Of a DNA stretch of 35,643 nt, positions 28,803-35,643 are shown one piece after another; the stretch's first letter is position 1, and the number at the start of each line of letters is the position of its first letter. Under the pieces are notes generated by a model. The model was given only the letters and a program-made list of their open reading frames with translations. It had not been told where the DNA came from and searched no databases. The translations under genes were made by a program, and so were the position numbers. Origin of the DNA: Candidatus Hadarchaeota archaeon (GTDB taxonomy: Archaea; Hadarchaeota; Hadarchaeia; Hadarchaeales; Hadarchaeaceae); the NCBI GenBank assembly GCA_040755315.1, contig JBFMBF010000003.1, forward strand, positions 1 through 35,643. Direction: 5' to 3'.

Positions 28803-30293
28803 CTAACCGACAAGAGATGAAAGCGCCTGGCCCCCGAGAATGGATCCTGCCGTGAATACTCCGAGAGCAACAGGAATGGCGCTCGCCACCGCCACCCGCC
28901 TAGCAACCCTGTCCTCACCGAACTCCAGCTGCACCGAGAAGTCTGTGAGTAGCGCCGCCAATATCACCGTGTATACAGCGAGAACAAGAAAAAATGCCGT
29001 GGGAGGCATGCCCGACCCAAGGAAAGTTGCAGAAGCAGCCTTTGAGGAAAGCACCCCCTGCATCCTCGCCGTCACGGACGCCACAAGAGGCCCAAAAAAC
29101 AGGGCTACAGATCTCATGGAACCAACAACTTCCTCCATCATCCGCCTCATCTCCGCCCTGACCTCCCCAAGCTTCCGCAGGTGCTCGGCGGCCTGCAGCA
29201 TGGCTTCCCCGGCCGCCCTAGTGCTCTTTTCCATGAAGTCTACAAGCATCCCAAGTACCCCTCTGACGACCTCAGAGTGCACTTCCCTCAGCGCCCCTCT
29301 GCTCTCGTCGAAGAGGGAGGCCCGCAACCCCATGCCACCCACCCTAACGCTGGCGGCGGCCCTGCCCAAGACCCTCCCTAGCCCCTTCCCGCCGCTTGAC
29401 CTTGAGTGCTGCTCGAATGCCTCCTCCGCCGGGCGACCTTCCGCCACCCTGTTTCCGACATGAATTAAGGCGTCAGGCAACTGCTCCTCCATCTCTAAGG
29501 CCTCCTTCCATCTCCTGAAGGCGGGGGCGGAAGTCAGGAAAAAGTAAACTGAAACCGCCAGGACGACGCCCCAAAGCGCTGCAAGCCCAGAAACATCTGG
29601 TGTGTCCCTGATGAAGAAAGCCGGCACCAGGAAGGGGATAGCCACTGAAGCCGACGCCAGGAGGGGGCGAGGCGAGAAGCCTTCGACGCTCAGGATCGGA
29701 GGTTCCATGCCTGAAGGCCTTTTTGAGAGGATCTGGCGGCTCAGAACATACACCAGCAGCGGCAGGATAAAGCAGTAAAGGGCGACGATTTGCACAAGGC
29801 CTAAGCCTCCTCCCATCACGGACAGGACCGGCAGGATGCCAACAAGAATGAGAGGTACCAGAACTCCCATGCAGTAAAGGAGCAAAACCGGCAGGTGAAT
29901 CGACGAGGAGAACTTCCTCATCCTGTCCCGGGCCCCTTCCAGAGCCAGGTTCATCGCCCGGTCGAGGGTTCTTGCGCGGCTTGATTGCACCCGTTCGTTA
30001 GTCGAGCTCTGGATCAGGTCAAGGGCACGCCCCAGCTCTGGGCAGGCGCCGTCCCATTTTTTAGCAAAGTTGGAGATCACATCACTGATGCCGGAGTAGA
30101 GGCGCAGGTTGCCCTCAGAAATCTTCCTTCTGAGTTCCCTGCCCATTTTCCCGCTCAATATGCCCGCCGCGAAACCACATGCCCGCTCAAGATTTGGGTT
30201 AAGCTTCATCGCCATCGTGATGTAACCTACTAGGGCTGGAGTCTCTCCCGCGGCCTTCAGGTTCTCCTCCTGCTTACTCTGCAGCGCCGACAT
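28803..30293 (-). CDS. type IV pilus/T2SS membrane platform protein (TadB/TadC/ArlJ-like, two T2SSF-like repeats)
   Basis: Two alternating cytoplasmic-helix/TM blocks (PNLERA..FAA; LPDAL...GNR..EG.PAE.A). Overlaps the 3' end of the secretion ATPase. Confidence 0.75.
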   Translation of the reverse strand: MSALQSKQEENLKAAGETPALVGYITMAMKLNPNLERACGFAAGILSGKMGRELRRKISEGNLRLYSGISDVISNFAKKWDGACPELGRALDLIQSSTNERVQSSRARTLDRAMNLALEGARDRMRKFSSSIHLPVLLLYCMGVLVPLILVGILPVLSVMGGGLGLVQIVALYCFILPLLVYVLSRQILSKRPSGMEPPILSVEGFSPRPLLASASVAIPFLVPAFFIRDTPDVSGLAALWGVVLAVSVYFFLTSAPAFRRWKEALEMEEQLPDALIHVGNRVAEGRPAEEAFEQHSRSSGGKGLGRVLGRAAASVRVGGMGLRASLFDESRGALREVHSEVVRGVLGMLVDFMEKSTRAAGEAMLQAAEHLRKLGEVRAEMRRMMEEVVGSMRSVALFFGPLVASVTARMQGVLSSKAASATFLGSGMPPTAFFLVLAVYTVILAALLTDFSVQLEFGEDRVARRVAVASAIPVALGVFTAGSILGGQALSSLVG

Positions 30294-32490
30294 TTCCCCC
30301 CTCCCTGACGGCCTGCTTCAGCCACTTCCGCCAATCGCCATAAACACTCTTGTAATCCAATCCATTGTTCTCAATCTTCACCTCAAGTAACCCATGCCAG
30401 GCTATGTTTGACATGACTGTGAACCCGGCCTCGAGCAAGTCTGGCCTTTTGAGCCTATTTGCCGCCTCCACCAGAGTCCCGCACAGTTTTGCCCTGAAGG
30501 ATATGTTGCTCAGGATGTCCCAAGTTGATGTCCCCCACTTCCTGGCGATATTTTTGATCAGTTCTGAAGACCCACCCCTCAGAGTCCGGCCGGATGCCAG
30601 TTCCCCCAAACGGTAGTTGTAATACATCAGATCCGTGAAGCCGTCTTCCGCGGTTGGGTCGGCGCGCCAGTTTTTCTTTGTTTCAGTTATCTGTAACAAT
30701 CTCCTGACCCTGCCCACTCCTCCTTTGATGCGTACGGGGGCTGCCACGACTATGACATCTGTGGCCTTGAACGAACTGGGGTGGACGCCGAGGTCGTGGA
30801 CGACTCGCTCGAAGACGTCGCGGGCGGTGGCGCCATGGATCGTCCCCATGACTGAGTTGCCGGCGGCTCCTACTCTCATGGCCTCGTACAGTGTTTTTGC
30901 CTCTTCCCCCCTTACCTCACCTATGACAAGGACCGACTCGCCGAGACGCAGGGCCGCCCTCAAGGCGTCCGCAGCACCGAGTTCCGGGCTGCCCGTGGAT
31001 GTCGCCGACTGGACTCTGAGGGCCTGGATTTTGAACCCAAGCTTTCTAAGCTGGTCCACAGGGAGTTCCAAAGTGTCCTCAACTGTGATTATCCTGAACT
31101 TCGGCAGCAGCTCCAGCATGAGGGCGCCCAAAAGTGAAGATTTCCCGGCGCCCCTGCTCCCCGTGACGAGAATGGAGGATTGAGCATCGACAAGCAGGCT
31201 TAGAAGGCCGGCCGCAGACGAGTTCAGGAAACCTGCCTTGACGAACTGGGGCAATGTCCAAGGGGTCGGCTTGTGCCTTCGGATGGCTAGGGCCGGGCCG
31301 GACGGGCTGAGGGGCTGGCCGACCACCGCCACCCTCGCGCCCCCCAGATTCAGATCCAAGACGGGGTCCGCCTCCGAGAAAGACCTGCCACTTATCGCGC
31401 GGAACTTTGAAATCAGGGACTCCGAGTCGTCCGGAGTAAGGTAAATGTTGGTGACGCACTCCTCATGGTCTCTGTGGTAAATGTGGATGGGTGTCCTTCC
31501 GATTGGGGCATCCGCATAAACATCTTGGACCTTGGGGTCGGCGAGCAGGATTTCAAGAAGCCCCAGGCCTGCCGTAAACCTCGCCAGATACTTTGCGAGC
31601 CACCCGACATCATCACGTGATATTTTCGCCCTGCCATCGACGGCAAGCCTGCCCATGATGTCCTGCAGGCGGCGCTCCACCTGCTCCCTGGCTCGAAGGG
31701 GGTCAGGGTCAAAGTCGGGCAAATCGTCCAACATCCGCTCCCTGGCCTTCTGCATCAGCTCCACCTTATCGTGGGGGAGGTGGTACTCGGGCGGAATCAG
31801 GAAGTAGAGGTTCTCCAGGCGGCCGGAAACCCTGTGAATCTTTACCTCTGAGCCATCGACCTCGTAGGAGTCCATTATCTCGCAGCCGTCCGGAACATCC
31901 AGCTGGAGCCGGGAGGAGAGGAAGCATGGCCTGACGAGTGGCTGCAGGAGGTTTTGGCCGTCCTTTTGGACGAGGGGCGAAGAATCGAGTTTTGAGATGA
32001 GCGGGACCAAATTCAATTTCAAGAATTCGGACCTACACTTGGCGCACTTTTTGGCACCTCGCCTGCCCCTAACCAGAATCTCGTAGCGGAACTCCTTAAG
32101 CTTCCTGACCGCGGACCAGGGGTTTCCGCCAAGCTCCATCAGGATTTTACTTAGCCTCGTCTTGCGCGGCAACTCGCACCTGATGCAGTCCTTAGGAGTT
32201 AGGTTCGCCAGGCCCCAGTTACTGCTTTCTCTTTCAACTCTAGCGAGCTCCTTGAGGGCTTCAAGCCCGGCGCCGCGGTACTCCCTCTCGTAAAGGTCAG
32301 AAAGCACCACAGCGTTGACATCCGGCTCGTCCGCCAGCGCTTTCAGGACCCCCCTCATGCATTTTTCAGACTTTTCGATAGATGCGCCGCTCTGGCAGCC
32401 ACCGCAACTGAACTTTAGCACCCGCTGGCCACCCAGGAGAACCAGCTTCCGCTCGCAGTTTGGGGGCTCCTTTTTATCATTTTTCTTCAT
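30274..32490 (-). CDS. type II/IV secretion system ATPase (VirB11/TadA/ArlI superfamily) with Cys-rich N-terminal extension
   Basis: G.G.LE.LL.D..VQD, Walker A GSRGAGKS, Asp box VEDT.EL, ALRLG...IGEVRG.EA and His box GTIHG. Confidence 0.92.
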   Translation of the reverse strand: MKKNDKKEPPNCERKLVLLGGQRVLKFSCGGCQSGASIEKSEKCMRGVLKALADEPDVNAVVLSDLYEREYRGAGLEALKELARVERESSNWGLANLTPKDCIRCELPRKTRLSKILMELGGNPWSAVRKLKEFRYEILVRGRRGAKKCAKCRSEFLKLNLVPLISKLDSSPLVQKDGQNLLQPLVRPCFLSSRLQLDVPDGCEIMDSYEVDGSEVKIHRVSGRLENLYFLIPPEYHLPHDKVELMQKARERMLDDLPDFDPDPLRAREQVERRLQDIMGRLAVDGRAKISRDDVGWLAKYLARFTAGLGLLEILLADPKVQDVYADAPIGRTPIHIYHRDHEECVTNIYLTPDDSESLISKFRAISGRSFSEADPVLDLNLGGARVAVVGQPLSPSGPALAIRRHKPTPWTLPQFVKAGFLNSSAAGLLSLLVDAQSSILVTGSRGAGKSSLLGALMLELLPKFRIITVEDTLELPVDQLRKLGFKIQALRVQSATSTGSPELGAADALRAALRLGESVLVIGEVRGEEAKTLYEAMRVGAAGNSVMGTIHGATARDVFERVVHDLGVHPSSFKATDVIVVAAPVRIKGGVGRVRRLLQITETKKNWRADPTAEDGFTDLMYYNYRLGELASGRTLRGGSSELIKNIARKWGTSTWDILSNISFRAKLCGTLVEAANRLKRPDLLEAGFTVMSNIAWHGLLEVKIENNGLDYKSVYGDWRKWLKQAVREGGNVGAAE

Positions 32491-32657
32491 CTTGACAGTC
32501 CCTCCGCCGATTCTGCAGCTCCGGCCTCGAGACGGGAGAGCCTTCTCTCAAGTGAACGCAACCTCTGATCCAAAAGCGCGAAGTCGTCCCTTAACTGGGC
32601 TATCCACCTGCCGTGCTCCGCAAGCAACCATTCCCTGTCAAGGTGTCGTGACGCCAT
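32487..32657 (-). CDS. 56-aa coiled-coil protein (absent from the ORF track)
   Basis: MASRHLDREWLLAEHGRWIAQLRDDFALLDQRLRSLERRLSRLEAGAAESAEGLSR. Its stop overlaps the ATPase start (ATGA) and its start overlaps the upstream gene. Confidence 0.7.
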   Translation of the reverse strand: MASRHLDREWLLAEHGRWIAQLRDDFALLDQRLRSLERRLSRLEAGAAESAEGLSR

Positions 32658-33234
32658 TTTGACCAGCCCTAACTTCCTGTAGGTCGAGGAACCAGCGCGA
32701 GATCTGCCGGAGCTGGGCTGAGACCTCGCGGCTTTTGACGGTTTTTCTCCATGAATCTGGATACGCCATGAGGAGCGCCCAAGTGCGTTCGCTTATTGCC
32801 CCGGCGGCGTGTAGCTCCCTGAACAGCGCTTCTGGGTCACAGGCGTCTGACAGCAAAAGCTGGGCCCTCGCGAGAGCAAACCTGATGAACTCCGCCTCCT
32901 CAGAGAGGAACTCCTTGAGAGCGAGCAGCTCGTCCTTCAGCTCCGTCAGGTCACATGCGGCGAGCCTTTCCCAATCGCTGCGCAGCCTGCCCCCACCCCT
33001 GCTGCAGGAGATTGACCTCGCGAGTTTCGAAGCTGACAGCCTCAGAGAGGTCGCTACTGACATCAGTCTAGCATGTCTAGGGCCGTCCGCTCTGAGCGCT
33101 GCTTCTATCAGTTCAAGCTGGCCATCGAGCTTTTTCCAAAGTTCTCCAGCTTTCCTGACGTCGCTTTGAGGCAGTCCCAGGATTTTCTCTGCTGTAGACA
33201 GAACGGAATTAAGCGTCTGCCCATCCTTTTTCAA
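32638..33234 (-). CDS. hypothetical alpha-helical protein
   Basis: 198 aa, overlapping its neighbours in the same orientation. Confidence 0.7.
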   Translation of the reverse strand: MKKDGQTLNSVLSTAEKILGLPQSDVRKAGELWKKLDGQLELIEAALRADGPRHARLMSVATSLRLSASKLARSISCSRGGGRLRSDWERLAACDLTELKDELLALKEFLSEEAEFIRFALARAQLLLSDACDPEALFRELHAAGAISERTWALLMAYPDSWRKTVKSREVSAQLRQISRWFLDLQEVRAGQNGVTTP

Positions 33235-33454
33235 TGTCCTTCAACCTCCCTTCGGCTTTCTCCAGCTTTTGTTCGAGGTGCTTCTCGCGCCTTTTCACCA
33301 AGCGCCGCTTTGTCTCGGATACAAGAGCTTTAACAACATCGACCTCGGCCATAAGCAGCAGCCTGCCCACCGGGACCCGGCTTCCATCCTTTGCCCTCGT
33401 CCTTTCCAGGGCCGCCAGCCCGATATGCCACGCAAGGGCAAGCCCGACCACCAA
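33209..33454 (-). CDS. hypothetical protein with basic coiled-coil C-terminus (start uncertain)
   Basis: Overlaps the next gene by 26 nt; TTTTAAA TATA-like element at about 33501-33507. Confidence 0.5.
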   Translation of the reverse strand: MVVGLALAWHIGLAALERTRAKDGSRVPVGRLLLMAEVDVVKALVSETKRRLVKRREKHLEQKLEKAEGRLKDIEKGWADA

Positions 33455-33554
33455 CGGCAGAGCGCTCAGTTTACCCCGCCGGAGCTTTAGGTGGAGGTGG
33501 TTTAAAAGGGAGAAAAATCCAGACGGCTGCCACGTTACCTGTATGCTGCGTTAG

Positions 33555-34127
33555 TTACTGCTTCGTCAAAATTAGAGTGTTTACCAATGTGTGGATATTT
33601 TCAGTATACAATCCAGAATAACTATCGTCGCTCCAGGTGCCAGCAATGTTACTACTCGTGAAAGTGAAGTATCCCACATTTGCGTTCCCCAACTTAACTG
33701 TCAGGCTTGAAGAGCTGATATGTCCCGTAAGGTTTAGATCCTGTGGAATTTCAGGAGTCCAAAGGCCACCGGCGATAAGCGTCTGGCTGTTTGAAGATGT
33801 ATAGCTCTGCACTATGTTAACGGTGTTGGCGTCTGCTCCCTGCGTGATTGTCCAAGTCACTATTCGATCCTCAGATGCGACATCCTCGAGATTGTTGGGG
33901 TCGAAGGTGCGAGAATCAGTCGCGTAGTAGTAAGTCACGGCGAAAGGCGTCCTCCATGTCCCGACCAGATTCGCTGCCGACCCGAGAGGCGCCCCCCCCT
34001 GCCCTGGATTGCTTTGGCTGAACCAACTACCTTTCAAGATTAAGTATCCTGCTACCCCAACCACCGATAAGCCGACAATCAACGCCACAAGAACCGTCAA
34101 CGATATTCCTTTTTGATCTTTCATCAT
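33555..34127 (-). CDS. exported protein with class III (prepilin-like) signal peptide
   Basis: MMKDQKG|ISLTVLVALIVGLSVVGVAGYLIL followed by a Ser/Thr-rich beta domain. Confidence 0.7.
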   Translation of the reverse strand: MMKDQKGISLTVLVALIVGLSVVGVAGYLILKGSWFSQSNPGQGGAPLGSAANLVGTWRTPFAVTYYYATDSRTFDPNNLEDVASEDRIVTWTITQGADANTVNIVQSYTSSNSQTLIAGGLWTPEIPQDLNLTGHISSSSLTVKLGNANVGYFTFTSSNIAGTWSDDSYSGLYTENIHTLVNTLILTKQ

Positions 34128-34191
34128 GATTCTCTGCAAAGCTTTTGTTATAAACCTTTTTAATAGCGCTGGCGAAGAGGAGGGAGTGGAG

Positions 34192-34419
34192 ATGATGAAA
34201 AGAACACACATCCTTTACATCTTAACAGGGCTGTTTTTTGCAATTCCGAGGACGGCCCAGTACATTTTAGTGGACCAATTTGGATACGCCGCCAAATATC
34301 CAGAAACAATACCAGGATATTTTTTCGGAAACTTTCTGTTGGGCGCAGTGGTTGGGATTATCGCCGTGCAGATTTATGAAGGCATTTTGCGGCGCCTGCC
34401 AAAAAAACGGAGCAAGTAA
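34192..34419 (+). CDS. small 2-TM hypothetical protein
   Basis: GGAG-rich RBS, two hydrophobic segments and a basic tail. Confidence 0.6.
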   Translation: MMKRTHILYILTGLFFAIPRTAQYILVDQFGYAAKYPETIPGYFFGNFLLGAVVGIIAVQIYEGILRRLPKKRSK

Positions 34420-34449
34420 AAATCCATTTTTGCAGCGACAATCGGCGCT

Positions 34450-34911
34450 TTAACGTCCATATTTTCCCATCAAAGTGGTTTTTGCTAGGATGTGCCCTTC
34501 CATCGCACCTTCTAGCTCCTCCTTCGATGCCCCAGCACCCAGCTCAAGCTTGGCGTCCAGCGCGTAGAGTTTGAAGTAGTACCTGTGGGGCGGACCTCTG
34601 GGCGGGCACGGGCCACCGTAACCTATTTTTCCAAAGTCGGTGACACCCTGAGCTGCCCCGCCAAGCGACTTCACAACCCCCGTCATGGGCACTTTCTCTG
34701 GAATCGCTGTAACGTTTGGTGGGATGTTCCAAACAACCCAGTGGACAAAAACACCCATGGGGGCGTCTGGGTCGTCGCAAATCAAGGCCAGGCTTTTCGC
34801 TGCGGCCGGCACATCCTCTATTGAAATTGGCGGAGAAACATTGCTGCCGTCACATGTGTACCTTGTCGGAATATTTCCCCCATTTGAGAACGCACCGCTG
34901 GATATTTTCAT
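34450..34911 (-). CDS. YbhB/YbcL (PEBP/Raf kinase inhibitor-like) protein
   Basis: YTCDG.NVSPP, DDPDAP.G.F.HW.VWNIP and GY.GPCPP....HRY.F.LYALD motifs. Confidence 0.95.
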   Translation of the reverse strand: MKISSGAFSNGGNIPTRYTCDGSNVSPPISIEDVPAAAKSLALICDDPDAPMGVFVHWVVWNIPPNVTAIPEKVPMTGVVKSLGGAAQGVTDFGKIGYGGPCPPRGPPHRYYFKLYALDAKLELGAGASKEELEGAMEGHILAKTTLMGKYGR

Positions 34912-34985
34912 GCAACCTCTCCTTGCCAAATATGTTTTGTTCCTGAGTGATTTATAACTTCCCGGAAAGTGTTTTTGGTGACGAG

Positions 34986-35612
34986 ATGGTGCCATTGTAC
35001 ATATTCATGCTTGGCAGGCCAGGTTCCGGCAAGTCGGCAATTTACAAGATTCTTTCCAAACGCCTTGCAGAAAGGGGGCTGGCAAGAGAAGTCAAGCGCA
35101 TCGACGACTTTCCGATCTTGCTGGAGCTGCTTGACCGCGACAAGGAGTTCAAACGCCACTATCGGAAGGAGGGTGGTTTTGTGGTCACCGATTTCACAAT
35201 ATTGGACGACGTGCTCAAGGAAATCAACTCAAAACTCAAGCAGGAGGCGGCCGCAGGAAAGATTATTTTTGTTGAGTTCGCCCGCGACAGGTACACCAAA
35301 GCCATGAAGAACTTCGACCGCGAGGTGCTCGGCCGCTCACTCATCCTTTACATCTACTGCCCCTTCAACATCTGCGTGGAGAGGAACGTCCAGAGATTCA
35401 AAGAGATCAAAAGCATCGACGACCACATCGCCCCGTCTGACATCATGGAAAAATATTACAAGTATGACGATTACGAGGAGCTTTTCCGCAAGTCTGAAGA
35501 GGAACTGAAAAGGCTGGCGCCAGCCGCGCTCGTTGTGGTGCGAAATGATGTGGGCGGGCTGGAGCGCCTAGAGCGCGAGCTTGAGAAGGTCCTGAACGCG
35601 ATTGAAAAATGA
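34986..35612 (+). CDS. P-loop kinase (adenylate/gluconate-kinase-like), substrate unknown
   Basis: GRPGSGKS, IDDFP.L, VEFAR and LY..CP..C.ERN lid motifs. Confidence 0.8.
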   Translation: MVPLYIFMLGRPGSGKSAIYKILSKRLAERGLAREVKRIDDFPILLELLDRDKEFKRHYRKEGGFVVTDFTILDDVLKEINSKLKQEAAAGKIIFVEFARDRYTKAMKNFDREVLGRSLILYIYCPFNICVERNVQRFKEIKSIDDHIAPSDIMEKYYKYDDYEELFRKSEEELKRLAPAALVVVRNDVGGLERLERELEKVLNAIEK

Positions 35613-35643
35613 GCTTTTTGATTTAGACCAAAAGGTTTATAAG

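Noticed and set aside
33340..33490. GC-rich stretch with fragments reminiscent of SRP RNA, RNase P RNA or a c-di-GMP riboswitch
   Set aside because: It lacks SRP helix 8 and the RNase P P4 consensus, and no complete riboswitch fold could be built. An open reading frame covers it.

Overview
Archaeal chromosomal window with Euryarchaeota-type gene content and high-GC coding regions. A Hadarchaeota-like lineage is plausible but cannot be proven from the sequence alone. It holds about 42 CDS. These include RNA-processing genes (Trm11-like, RNase Z, Nep1, Rpp21), the conserved rps19e-PDCD5-rpl39e-rpl31e-eIF6-rpl18a-pfdA-ftsY cluster, NfnAB/SudAB, an AOR with a phosphohexomutase, a SAMP/MoaD, gcvT, trpB2, a DinG-like helicase and a rhomboid protease. 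Features the ORF track does not explain: (1) a tRNA-Ile(CAU) interrupted by two non-canonical introns at 9/10 and 30/31, each in a strict bulge-helix-bulge, with a duplicate of acceptor positions 1-7 immediately upstream; (2) two intergenic box C/D guide sRNAs whose guides match conserved 23S rRNA sites; (3) two short ORFs below the track cut-off (rpl39e and a 56-aa coiled-coil gene); (4) an intronless tRNA-Gly(GCC). The accessory part contains two tandem membrane PAS sensors that end where a histidine kinase module would begin. It also contains a type IV pilus/T2SS-like operon: a Cys-rich ATPase, a platform protein and three small helical ORFs, preceded by a class III signal-peptide (pilin-like) gene. 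No CRISPR array, transposase or integrase was seen.
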